Shown here: positions 1-11,984 of the stretch, piece by piece
Layout of the letters: each line of letters begins with the position of its first letter
Position numbering within the stretch: the stretch's first letter is position 1
Assembly: GCF_963921235.1 (NCBI RefSeq)
Contig: NC_086098.1
Coordinates: 100,812,001-100,876,000, forward strand
DNA length: 64,000 nucleotides
Reading direction: 5' to 3'
DNA from: Mobula hypostoma
Lineage: Eukaryota
Position numbers and translations under genes: made by a program
The notes under the pieces: generated by a model
What the model saw: only the letters and a program-made list of their open reading frames with translations
Database searches by the model: none
Told to the model about the DNA's origin: nothing

Positions 1-1006
1 TCCTGGAAGGTAGAAGAGAGAAGGGAATATCTAACCATTCTTGATGATAATATTGAGTTTTCTGATGCAATCTGCCATGAAGGTGGACTGGCTGGAAGGA
101 TGTGATAAGCCTGTAATGAACTGGGTCATGTTTACCACCTGCTGCAGGTTCGTTCAATCCAGAGCAAAGAAATTTCCACGTTAGTCTGAGATGTAACCTG
201 TCAGGACACTTTGTATAATGCATTGGCAGTTTTCTCATGTGATGGAAGACAAAGACTTCATGCTGCTCATTCTGCTTTGCAGTGATATCTGCAGACAGTG
301 CAAAATTTGTAACCATTGTGCTAGTGATAGTATTTGTGATCATTTGCTTTTATGTTAAAAAATCTTCCCTTCCTTATCATTCCTGACCCAATCTTACTAT
401 TGCCTATTTTTTCCCTTTGTGACTCCACAAAGGATGGCCAAGAAAGCATGTCGATTGTGGGAGCCTAAGTGCAGCCATACTAATAGTATACAAGTGTAGA
501 ATGATGGACTGAAGTTAATAAACAATGCTATTTATTCAAACATAAATTTTGAAGTTAGTTGAGCTGTACAGACTACATTAGATGTTAGAATATTATCCTT
601 GGCAACTACAAGGTTGAATGTCAGGTTGTCCCAGTTATAGATACAGCTACAAAAAAATCATTCATGTTAGGTCAACTGTAGCTGTTTGACATTTTATGTT
701 TGTTATCAAATATTTGCTAATCTAGTAACCTTTGTCGATACCTTTAATTTACAAATCTATTTTACATTATTTTTCATTTCCACCCACAATGCCTCCAATT
801 CTCCAGCTTGGATGATTTACAAAATCTCATTTGCCACAATATTTTTGCGAGCTTCATGTAAGGGGTCATTATGCTTCAAACTTAACAAAGATTAGACGTC
901 AGTTGCAGTATCATGTTTAATTCTGGGTGTCACATTATGGGAAGGATGTCGGTATGCTGGAGGGTGTGCAGAGGAGGTTTTCCAAGATGTTGCAGGGATT
1001 AGAGGA

Positions 1007-2274
1007 GAAACAAGAAAAAAACCTGCAGATGCTTGAAATCCAAGCATCACACACAAAATGCTGGAGGAACTCAGCAGGCCAGGCAGCATCAATGGAAAAA
1101 AAGTGCAATCGACAATTCAGGCCAAGACCCTTCAGCAGGACTGGAGAGAAAAAGATAAGGATTGGATTTGAAAGGTGGGTGAGGGGAGAATATAGAATAG
1201 TACAGCACAGTACAGGCCCTTTGGCCCACAATGTTGTGCCAACCCTCAAACCCTGCCTCCCATATAAGCCCCCCACCTTAAATTCCTCCATATACTTGTC
1301 TAGTAGTCTCTTAAACCTCAGTAGGGTATCTGCCTCCACCACTGACTCAGGAGAGAGAAACATAAGGTGATGTGTGAAACCGGGAGGGGGAAGGATGAAA
1401 TAAAGAGCTCGGAAGTTGATTGGCGAAAGAGATACAGGGCTAGAGAAGAGGGAGTCCAATAGGAGAGAACAGAAGGCCATGGGAGAAAGAAAAGGAGGGA
1501 GGAGCACCTGAGGGAGGTGATGGGCAGGTAAGGAGATAAGGTAGGAGAGGGTAAAGGGGATGGGGAATGGTGAAGGAGGGGGAAGGCCATTACCGGAAGT
1601 TCGAGAAATCGATGTTCATGCCATCAGATTGGAGGCCACCTAGAAGGAATATAAGGTGTTGTTCCTCCAACCTGAGTGTGACCTCATCACGACAGTAGAG
1701 GAAGCCATGGATTGACGTATAGGAATGGGAATGGAAAGTGGAATTAAAATGGTTGGCTATTGGGAGATCCCACTTCTTCTGGTGGATGGAGCGTAGGTGT
1801 TTGGTAAAATGGTCTCACAATCTACGTCGGGTCTCACTGATACACAGGAGGCCGCACCAGGAGCACCGGACACAGTATATGACCCCAGCAGGCTCACAGG
1901 TGAAGTAGGACTGTTTGGGACCCTGAATGAGAGTGAGGGAGAAGGTGTAGGGGTGGGAGTAGCACTTGTTCTGCTTGCAAGGATAGGTGCCTGGAGGGAG
2001 ATCAGTGGGGAGGGACAAATGAACAAGGGAGTCACATAGGGAGCGATCCCTGCAGAAAGCAAAAAGTGGAGTGGCGGGGGAATGCGCTTGGTGGTGGGAT
2101 CCTGTTGTACATGACGGAAGTTCCGGAGAATTCTGTGCTAGATGTGGAGGCTGGTGGGGTGGTAGGTGAGGACAAGAGGAGCCCTTTCCCTGGTAGAATG
2201 GTGGGAGGATAGGATAAGAGCAGATGTGCATGAAATGGAAGAGATGTGGTTGAGGGCAGCATTGATGGTGGAGG
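1007..2274 (-). mobile_element. Penelope-like element (Neptune type), 5'-truncated: GIY-YIG region plus pLTR
   Basis: Minus ORF 1815-2231 has PGTYPCKQNKCYS...GVIYCVRCSWCGLLCISETRRRL, homologous to the ORF at 17079. Terminus matches the other PLE ends. Possible short TSD AGAGGA (1001-1006 / 2275-2280). Confidence 0.9.
1187..1351 (-). mobile_element. CR1 3' end fragment nested in the PLE
   Basis: Minus frame ESVVEADTLLRFKRLLDKYME, then CR1 3' UTR 'gggccaaagggcctgtactgtgctgtactattctatattct'. Confidence 0.85.
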
Positions 2275-2949
2275 AGAGGACTTCAATTCTGAGGAGAAAC
2301 TGGATAGGCAGGGTTTGTTTTTCTTGAGCTAAGGAGACTGCAGTGTGACGGCAGGTATTCAAAATCATGAGAGGCGCAGATAAGACAAATAGCCAATCTT
2401 TTTATCCCATGGCAGAAGTATCAAAAACAAGAAGGCATAGGTTTAAGATGAGACGAAGAAAAGGGCTTTGAGAACAGCTTTTTTTAAAGAGAGTGGTTGA
2501 TATCTAAAACTTGCTTTCATCGGAAGAGGAGGAGGACTTATATAGAATCTTTATATGTAAGACATTTTGGCAGGCACTTACATGAGCAAGGCAGAGAGGG
2601 TATCGACCTAAATTGGGCAAAAAGTCCAGCATAGACATGGTGTATCATAAGGGCTCATTTCTGTTCTACACCTCAGCTCTAACTACCACATTTAACTTCT
2701 GACTTCCCTGTTCTGCTAACACTTGTGATTTTACACTTGAACAGGAAGAAATCAATTGGAGCAAATCACTTCCAGTTGAAGACTTATGTCTGCAAAAAAT
2801 TACCTTTGCTGCATGGTTGACTTGGTTAAGAAGCAGCTGCTTGTGATAATTCAACAATGTTGAGCTGAAAACATATTAAAGGTGAACAACTGCAATGAAA
2901 TAGTGATGAAACTTGTCATTGAGGAGACTACAACTTGGCCTAATTAGGG

Positions 2950-4790
2950 ACTGTCAGCAGGGTTTTGTGTGGCTGAGTTTTTCAAGAAGGTGACAAAGGT
3001 GACTGATGAATGTAGAGCTGTGAATGTTGTCTACATTGATTTTACTCGGGTGTTTGACAAGGTGCAACATGGTAGGCTCGTCTGGAAGATTAAGATGCAT
3101 GGTTTCCATGGTAATTTGGCTATTCGGATTCAGAATTGATTTGCCCATAGGACACAGAATTTAGAGATCAATGGGACTTATTCTGCCTGGAGGTTGATGA
3201 CCAGTGGAATCCATGGAAGTCAGTACTGGGATCTCTGCTGCATATGTTACGCATATATGACTTTGATGAAAACATGGATTACTTTGCACTGAGACAGAGC
3301 TTAGTGATGTTGTGGATAGTGTAGAAAATTGCCAAAGCATACAGCAGAATATAGATCAATGCATTTATGTGCAGAAAAATAGCAGATTGAGTTTAATCTG
3401 CCCAAGTCTGAGCTTTGTAATTTGGGAGATCTAAAGTAAAGTACAGTACATATTTTAATTCCACGTCCTATTCCCATTCCGATATGTCATTCCATGGCCT
3501 CCTCTACTGTCGAGATGAAGCCACACTCAGGTTGGAGGAACAACACCTTATATTCCGTCTGGGTAGCCTCCAACCTGATGGCATGAACATTGATTTCTCT
3601 AACTTCTGTTAATACTCCTCCTTCCCTTCTTACCCCATCCCTAATTTATTATTTTCTTTTCTTTCTCTCTCTCTCTCTCTCTTTCCCTCTCACAATAACT
3701 CCTTGCCTGTTCTCCATCATCCTCTGGTGCTCCCCTCCCCCCTTCTTCCTTCCAAAGCCTTCCGTCGTTTGATACTCCGCCTTCTCCAGCCTTGTATCCC
3801 TTTTGCCAATCAACTTCCCAGCTCTTGACTTCATCCCTCCCCCTCCTGTCTTTTCCTATCATTTCAGATCTCCCCCTCCCTCTCCCACTTTCAAATCTTT
3901 TACTATCTCTTTTTTCCGTTAGTTCTGACGAAGGGTCTCGATCCAAAACGTCGATTGTACTTCTTCCTATAGATGCTGTCTGGCCTGCTGCATTCCACCA
4001 GCATTTTGTGTGTTTTGCTTGAATTTCCAGCATCTGCAGATTTTCTCATCCTTACAGTACACTGGCAGAACCCTTAACAGTATTGATGTATAGAGTATTC
4101 CTGGAGTTCAAGTACGAAACTACCTGAATATGACTACAGAGGTTGATAGGGTGGTAATGAAGGTGTATGGCATGCTTGCTTTTTCTAATTGAGACCCTGA
4201 GTTCAAGAGTGATGAACTTACAGTAAATTGCAACTTTATAAACCTCTGGCTAGCCTGTATCTGGAGAACTGAATTCAGTTCTAGTTCCCCATTATGGGAA
4301 AGATGTTGAGGTTTTGGAAAGGATGCAGAAAGGTTTTACCAGAATACTGCCTGGATTAGAGAGCATGTGCTATAAGGAGAGCTTGGACAAACTTGGGTTG
4401 TTTTATCTGAAGTAGTGAAGGTTGACGAAAAACCTAACAGAGGTTTATACTACATGAGAAGCATGAATAGACAACTGATATCGTTTTTCCCCATAATGAA
4501 ATGTCTAAAACCAGATAGAGATGGCAAATTGAAAGGAGGTGTACAAGACAAGTTGTTCTTTTACACAGAGAGTAGTGGGTGCCAAGAATATGCTGCCTGG
4601 GCTGGTGTTGGAGAAAAATATGATAGAGATGTTTAAAATGACTTCGAATGTGCAGAATATTGAGGGATATAAGCATTATATGAGCAGAATAAATTAGTTC
4701 AGTTAGTCATGTAATTACTTACTTAATTAGCCTGGTGCAATATTGTGGGCTAAGGGATCTGTTCCTCTCCTGTATTGTTCATATTCCATA
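2950..4790 (+). mobile_element. Degenerate CR1 LINE (RT to 3' UTR), interrupted by a PLE at 3451-4052
   Basis: Decayed QQGF..., VYIDF..VFDKV, WIQN, KDVEVLERMQKRFTRILPGLE motifs and CR1 3' tail. Confidence 0.85.
3451..4052 (+). mobile_element. PLE 3' fragment (GIY-YIG C-terminus, pyrimidine-rich UTR, pLTR)
   Basis: FNSTSYSHSDMSFHGLLYCRDEATLRLEEQHLIFRLGSLQPDGMNIDFSNFC*. 9-bp TSD TACAGTACA at 3442-3450 and 4053-4061. Confidence 0.9.
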
Positions 4791-5179
4791 TCCTGATTCA
4801 ACAATATTGATTGAAGAATAGATTGGATTGTGCGGTAATTGTCCCTCCATTTGTACAAAATGGTACAATAAACGATCTTACATTCACCTTGGGCTTAATT
4901 GAAAGCCTCATCCAAAAGATAATATATTAATTACATTAATTAGTAGTCTGTGCTGAAGTGACAGGAACAGAAAACTGTGTCTACTTTTTGAAAAAAACAT
5001 TTGGTGAGGATTGAAATGAAGAGGCTCTTGATTGCTTGTTCTGCTTTTATTTGACTCTATCATTTCCTAAAATCATAGAAATGGCACAAAGATTTACTGG
5101 GATGATTGCAAGGATGAGAAAGTGAGACAATAAGGTTGATTTCCATGAAACAGTGGAGGTATTTAAAATAGACCACAAG

Positions 5180-5458
5180 CCCAGCTGCAACCATCTGGGA
5201 AACGGTAGCACAGCAAAAAAGCCAGGACCAACAGGCTCCGGAACAGCTTCTTCCACCAGGCTGTCAGACTGATTAATTCATGTTGATACAATTGCATTTC
5301 CATGCTGTATTGATTGTTCTGTTCTACATTCTATTTATTGCCAATTACTATATATTGCATTTTGCACATTTAGATGGAGACATAACGTAAAGATTTTTAC
5401 TCCTCATGAATATGAACGATGTAAGTAATAAGGTCAGTTCAATTCAAATCAATTCAAA
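5180..5458 (+). mobile_element. Rex1/Babar-type LINE 3' fragment
   Basis: PSGKR...KARTNRLRNSFFHQAVRLIN motif and short tandem tail (aattc)n. Confidence 0.7.
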
Positions 5459-5625
5459 TAGGTGAAGAATTAGGCCATTTGGCCCATCAAAATAAATTTC
5501 CTGCATTGCTTTCAGGATACAGAAAAGCTCCTTTCGGCTAGGTTGGCTGGAGCGGGCAAACATATAAGCAAACTCTGCTTTTCCACACATTGCACTCAGT
5601 AAAACTGGTACCTGTTTCTCACTGG

Positions 5626-5847
5626 TGAACGCAGCAGGCCAGGCAGCATCTATAGGAAGAGGTACAGTCGACGTTTTGGGCCGAGACCCTTCTTCAGGAC
5701 TCAATGACTCAATGAGACCTGACGAAGAGTCTCGGCCTGAAACGTCGACTGTACCTCTTCCTATAGATGCTGCCTGGCCTGCTGCGTTCACCAGCATTTT
5801 TTGTGTGTGTTGCTTGAATTTCCAGCATCTGCAGATTTCCTCGTGTT
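5626..5847. mobile_element. Short PLE-terminus element with internal inverted repeat (two hammerhead-like motifs back to back)
   Basis: Arms ~5622-5698 and ~5718-5794 are near-perfect reverse complements. Exact 17-bp TSD TACCTGTTTCTCACTGG at 5609-5625 and 5848-5864. Confidence 0.9.
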
Positions 5848-6183
5848 TACCTGTTTCTCACTGGCTATTCCATTTACTTCAAAAATAATGCTCAACATGT
5901 TCCATATATAGCAACCAGTTATCTATTGTGCAATCAAATGTGTTCTATCTTTCTGATGTAGCCAGCCATTTCTTCTTTTTTAAATTTATAATTTGTTATC
6001 ACCTGGTACTCATTGCTTATGAACCTGTGAATTTGTTTTCTGCCCTTTTTTGTACTCAAACATATTTCCTCTCTTCCGAAGAAGGAAAAAAGTACTGCAA
6101 TTCATTTTCTAACTCTAAAGTCTCACTGAGCTTCAACAGGTAGAAAGTTATCTCAGGTTCAAATAAAACTTACTCATTGCCAC

Positions 6184-6430
6184 CGTTATATGTTGTAACT
6201 CCAAACCTTGAACTAATTGGAAGAGAAACGCGGAGTGTCCAGAATGCGCGACTTAGTTTCATTTTTACTTTAAGCAGGGCAAGCACATATGACATAGTGG
6301 TGTGATGGTATTTGCCATGCACATACTATTACATATAACCCATAATAAATTACTTAAACAAAGAATGCTTAATCAAACAATGTATTTACAACATTTCTCA
6401 AATATTACTGAAATATTAAATACAATAAAG
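6184..6430 (-). mobile_element. Solo LTR of the Gypsy family at 30636
   Basis: Reverse complement 'tgtatttaatatttcagtaatatttgag...ggagttacaacatataac' aligns by eye with 30636-30882 and 50477-50717. Confidence 0.8.
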
Positions 6431-6542
6431 TTCAATGGAAACACTTCAAAGATAACATCAAAATTAGACTGAGGTAATTTAATATTGCATCAAGAACTAG
6501 AAGATAGTGTACTTAGTAGATACGCCAGTAAGAATTCTGTTC

Positions 6543-6770
6543 GGTGTGTCACACACAAAATGCTGGAGGAACTCGGCAAGTCAGGCAGCATTATTGGACA
6601 AGAGTAAACAGTCAATGTTTTGGACCAAGACCCTTCATCAGGACTTCTGCTGAAGGGTTTCAGCCCGAAATATTGTTTACCCTTTTCCACTGATGCTGCC
6701 TGACCTGCTGAGTTCCTTCAGCATTTTGTGTGTGTTGTTTGGATTTCCAGCATCCGCAGACTTTCCCATC
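6543..6770. mobile_element. Second short palindromic PLE-terminus element
   Basis: Inverted arms meet at ~6643-6646 (cccttcatcagga|cttctgctgaaggg). TSD TCTGTTC at 6536-6542 and 6771-6777. Confidence 0.85.
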
Positions 6771-8309
6771 TCTGTTCAGAGGGAGCTGCGCTACCTGTGA
6801 GCGACATCTACTATGCCACAGAGAACCAGTGGCAGCTGTGTAAGGAGACACTGAATAACAAAAGGACACAACCACGGCCACCACTTACTCTTGCCCACAC
6901 CGCACCAGAATACGTGGATCCAAGATCAGCCTCTACAGCCACCTGAGGACCAAGCATTAGGCAAACCCTTTAGGAGAACATCATGCTCAGCTCGAGTGAT
7001 CCCATTATAACTACAACTACTACTACTCTTTCTAGCAAAACATAACTGTGCAGTATAATTTGAGTGAATCAACGCAAACATCATCTCTCAAAACACTAAG
7101 ATGTTTGCAGTGAATTTGTAATGTGTTTCGGATATCTACAAACTTAGCACTTTAAAAGGCTGGCTTTATGTTGCTCTGCAGTACACTTCACACTCTATCA
7201 TTGAAATGCCCACTGCTTCATATTAGTTGGTTTCAAAGTCAGATTGAGGCCTGCACCCTGAATATTGTTGACATAATGGTATTGACGCACAGCCAAAAAT
7301 GCGTCATGTCCAAGATACTAATCAAATATAGTGATTTCGTGAATGACTGGGCACAAGCTGCTTTTCTGTGCTGAGTGAGGCAATGAAATTCACAAAATAT
7401 GCAAGGGAATAGAATGTAATTTTGAGAACATTTCACAGATAGCATAAGATCATGCTGATGTCCATTGAGGACATAACTGTTGATACCACTTACAGTGCTT
7501 TTCTAACACTGGCTGCCTGAGTGCTTTGACGTAACCTTTGTTGCCTATCTATATGTTGCAGCAGCCTGCTTCAATCAAATCATATTAGCTTTTAACAATA
7601 ACAAATGCTCACTCTTTAATTTTTTAAAATTAGCTTTGAGTTTAAGGGTTATACTCAAAGCAGGAGTGGTGGGAAATCTGGGCAAGACCTGAGGACTCTG
7701 AAATCTGACTTTCTTAAAAATAATCACACGATCAGCTACTCTGTTATTCATTCTGACGACTTCATTAGAATTTGATGAGTAAAACTAGAGCAACTTCAAT
7801 TTCCTGAGCTAAATGTAATCACTGGTTTCTTATTGTTGCTGTGCAAAGAATAATAAATTCAGGGAAGCAGTTTTGTTTTGCGAAACTGTAATTATAAGTG
7901 ATTAGGAGAAAGCCTTCCCTGATTCCTTTCCATACCAGTCAATAAGTAATTTTCCCAAGGAACTGATGTAAACCTTGTGATTTGCTTCATTGTCTTCCCA
8001 TTCTTATCGTTGTATTTCCAATCATTTTCCACATTATTTACTTTTAAATTCCTCATAGTATAGAAAGAGGTCATTCTGTCAATTATGTCAATGCAATAGC
8101 ATCAAAAACTTATTTCCCTGTGAACTATTCCCTCATGCATGTCCGTTAACAACTGCAGTTCTCCCTCCAGCTATTGAGAACAGTCACAATTTTATCTTGT
8201 CCAATCGATCGTATACTGTATATGAAGAATAATTATATGTTTTATTTCATGTACTAATAAACATTTTACCATTTCTACCATTTTCTTATTTATGAAATAG
8301 TTGACCATT

Positions 8310-8625
8310 CAGTCCATTGAGTCTATGCTAACCTCTTGGATCAATCCCATGAATCCAATCTCGCACTTATTTCTCTGTAGGCCCTTCACTCTCACACGCT
8401 CACATCCCACTCTCTTGTTCTCCCAGCAATCGCCTACCAATTTGCAGTAGCTAATTAAACTAACGAACAACAGTTATTTGGATGTGGAATGCACAAGGAC
8501 ATCAAAGTACCTGGGTGAAACCTAAGTAATCAGAGAAAATATATGCAAACTCTCAACAGAAAGTAAGAGGTCTGGATTGAACCTAGGTCATTGGAGCTGT
8601 GAGTAAGTTGTAGTAATCGCAATGC
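8310..8625 (-). mobile_element. Degenerate tRNA-derived SINE (V-SINE/HE1-like) with CR1-like tail
   Basis: Minus strand 'ctcacagctccaatgacctaggttcaatcc' B-box head. Body resembles 9370-9625 and 21460-21730. Confidence 0.6.
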
Positions 8626-8689
8626 TCTCCTGCTCCCCACAGAGAACGCTGGCACCTGTGGCCGGCACAGTAGCACTGCAATAACTACG

Positions 8690-9065
8690 AAGATGAGGTA
8701 TCCTTCTCCAAAGATCATCACCTTCTTGTGGTGGAGAGGCTCGTGAGTCCTGAGATCCTGAAAGTGATGCTGTCTGGAGCTTAGCCACTGGTAGAGTCAC
8801 TTACGGGAGGAATGTCAAGGGGGAGGTTCCAGGATAAGAGCGACCCAATGAAGAATTCAACAGTGGAGCTGGTGGAAGATGATGATGCATCAGAATGGCA
8901 GTGAAGGTGGAGGAAGGCTGCAGTAGTGAAAGATCCCCAGTTGTCTGGCACACCACGCCACTGGATGCTAACCCTGATCTGTTGAGAACTGTGTGGTGGC
9001 TGCCAGCACATCAGCCCTCCCAAGTTAAACAAATCCATGCACAGGCATTCTCAATTAAGGGAAGA
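8690..9065 (+). repeat. Interspersed repeat resembling an RTE/Expander-type 5' UTR or a SINE derived from it
   Basis: 'caccttcttgtggtggagaggctcgtgagtcctgagatcc...ggtagagtcac' resembles RTE-clade leader sequence from memory. Non-coding. Confidence 0.4.
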
Positions 9066-9367
9066 ACATCTGGGAAAACATCACTCTCATCTCAAATGAT
9101 CATACTACTAAGGTTACATTTAAGGCTTGCATTGTGAAGTGCAACTGATGTCATTTAGGAATCCATCTTTAAGTAAGAATTGAAATGAATAGTGAACTAA
9201 TGGGTAATAAATCCAAAGCTTGATTTTTTTGTCAAGTATATAAACAGAAAGCCATTTATTAGATTATTTCAGTAATTGATATCAGTCTAACACCAATAGT
9301 GTTAGATCTCTCTGTTCCAGCTGCACTGCAGGATTTCCTGAGTGAGGGGCCGGTCCAGACAAGAGAC

Positions 9368-9622
9368 AGGGTAGAATAGTAGTTAACACGATACTATTAC
9401 AACACAGGGTGTTCCAGAGCTCCCTGACGTCATTCTGTAAGAAGTTTGCATGTTCTCCCTGTGGTATGCATGGGTTTTCCTCAGGTGCCCCAGTTTCCTC
9501 CCACAGTGCAAAGATGTACCAGTTATAGGTTGGTTCGTCATTGTAAATTATCCCACAGTTAGATTAGTTTTGTTGGGGCATGGGCCAAAGGCCTTACTCC
9601 ACACTATATCGCTAAATAAAAT
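9368..9622 (+). mobile_element. tRNA-derived V-SINE/HE1-like SINE
   Basis: Core 'gtttgcatgttctccctgtg...gggttttcctcaggtgccccagtttcctcccacagtgcaaagatg' and CR1-like tail 'gggccaaaggcc'. Confidence 0.8.
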
Positions 9623-10329
9623 ATATGGTATCAAGCATAGCTCTGAGAATGACAGCTCGCCAATACTGTGGAACTTCAAAAGATCTCCTAAACCCCTGCT
9701 GTGATCAAGCACCAGTGCAAAGTCAGGGATTGCTGCATGTCTGATTATTGATATGGTCCTTTGCTACTGACCACAAATCCAAGAACATATTCTGGCTCTA
9801 AGCAAATTTTCGGAAGGTAGTCAGGCCTACTGACAATCCATTAATATAGGAGTGGTTAGCATCCTTAAGTGTTTCATCTCTATTTCTGTAACTTCCTCCA
9901 GCCCTAGAAGGTTCTGCAACATTTATGATCTTCCCAGTTTTACAATTATATATCTTTTGGCTTTAACATCTTGCATTAATAGCAGTGCCTTCAGCTTTCA
10001 GTCTCCTACACTCTGATCTGTCGATTTGAAAAGCTTTCTTGCTTTTTTTTGTTTCAAAGATACTCCAAAAGATTCACCAATATAACCAAGCAATCTTTTT
10101 CAGTCATCTATCTCTATCTGCCTTTTGAAGTTTATTGTAATTTTTCTTAAGTTTCCTTCCTAAAACTTCTTTGACATGTATCGGTTATCATGCCTCTTTA
10201 ATGAAATCAAATTGTATTTTCTGCCATTCCTTTTCAGTTTCAGCATTCTTTACCATGTTGAAACCGCTTATAAAATTCAAGTTATTGTTATTATTGCATT
10301 GAAATACTGACTGATCAGAAATGTGTCTA

Positions 10330-10880
10330 TATGTATAACTCTTGTGTTGTGTGCTCCCCTGATCTAATCCTTTACCTAATAAAGTAGTCATTGAGTTCAT
10401 GTTCATGATCTTCTGTTTCTGTAGCCCATCCACTTCAAGGTTCGATGTATTGTGCATTCACAATATTCTGCATTATCTGTCGTAACAGATGGTTATTTAA
10501 GTTGCTGTCACTTTCCTGTCAACTTGAACCAGTTTGTACATTCTCCTCTGACCTCTCTCATTAACAAGCCATTTTTGCTCACAGACTTTTCACTCACTGG
10601 AAGTTTTTTTGTATTTTACACCATACTCTGTAAACTCTAGAGACTGTTGTGTGCAAAAATCCCAGGAGATCATCAGTTTTTGAGATACTCAGACGACCCC
10701 ATATGGCACCAACAATTATTCCATGGTCAAAAGCATTTAGATGAGACATCTTCCCCATTCAGATGCTTGGTCTGAACAACAACTGAACTTTTTGTCTGTG
10801 TCTGTATGCTTTTATGCACTGAGTTGATAAGCTGATTTAATATTTGCATTAATGAACAAATATAGTGGCAACTGAGTATA
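10330..10880. mobile_element. Non-autonomous Tc1/mariner-derived element, degenerate
   Basis: Terminal-type motif at ~10374 (acctaataaagtagtcattgag) and ~10864 (agtggcaactgag-TATA). Internal 'tagcccatccacttcaaggttcga' is typical of fish Tc1 derivatives. Confidence 0.6.
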
Positions 10881-11319
10881 TATCTCATCTAAACAATAGT
10901 TGGAAAAGTACTGTCAAAGGATATGCCCAGCCCAAATCAGAACGTATCAAAAAACTTTGGTTGCACCCTTTAAAAGGGCACTGGAGTAGCAAACAATCAG
11001 GTATGCAAAAATGCACATAATCTACTCATGTACATTGGAATGTATGACATTTTTTCTGGTGCTAATTGTACGAAGTTTTCATGCATAAATATTGTGGAAG
11101 ACTGTGTGTGCATAAATGTGGTTAATATGTATTTTGCATTGGTATATAGTAGCTATAAGTAACTTCAGACGATCTGCACACCATCTAGCCATAACAAAAT
11201 ACACTTTCCCATCATCCTCCACCGTTAGTTCTTTAGAAAAAAATACACTGAAGATGACCAGACACTGCCTTCCCTTAATAAATCACAAGAGCCGAGTCCC
11301 TCAGTAAAAGTCTTCTTCC

Positions 11320-11615
11320 TCAGAATGGAGGAATCTAGAACTGGAGGATTTAAGTTCCTAAAGTGAGATTAGAAAAATTTTTAAAAAGACCAGAAGGGCA
11401 TTTTTTTTTCCACACAGAGGGTGTTGGACAAATGGAACGAGATGCCAGAGGAAGCTGTAGAGATGAGTACAAAAGATTTAGACAGATGTCTTGACAGAAA
11501 AGTTTTGTAGGGACATGAGCCAAAATCAGACAAATGGGATTAGCTGAAGTAGACAGCTCAGTCAGCACGGACAAATTGGGCTGAAATGGGTGCTTCTGGA
11601 GTGTATTGCTCTGAC
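11320..11615 (+). mobile_element. CR1 3' remnant
   Basis: Decayed SRTGG...FFFTQRV...WNEMPEEAVE and 'gggctgaaatgg' tail. Confidence 0.7.
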
Positions 11616-11984
11616 TTGATTGCCTCTGGTTAATCTGTGACTTTCTATAGTAAGGTTTATACTGTTCCATAGAATTGAGTCAAATAACTTACCCAGCACC
11701 AAGTTGAACCAAGGCTCATTTTTAAACAAGGTCCATTTTCGGCAGACTTTCAAACTTTTGGCACCACTTGCAAGGAAGAATGAACAATTGTAATTAGGGC
11801 CTTTAGAATTCACCATCAATTCTTTTAACAACTTAGGAGGCGTTTCATAAAGGCCTGATGATTTATCCATTTTCAAAGATGATAAACTACTTAATACTTA
11901 TATTTACTATGTTTCCTTGTCTGATATTTCATACTTACAGGTTTTAATTATGACATTAGCAATATTTTCCACACTCCACCCTTT

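Larger units (their letters stand above)
890..2670 (+). mobile_element. Old CR1 LINE 3' fragment split by a PLE insertion (pieces ~890-1006 and ~2275-2670)
   Basis: Left piece reads SHYGKDVGMLEGVQRRFSKMLQGLE (CR1 ORF2 'KDV..LERVQRRFTRM.PGL'). It resumes after 2280 with EEKLDRQGLFFLELRRL and a CR1-type 3' UTR. Confidence 0.8.
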
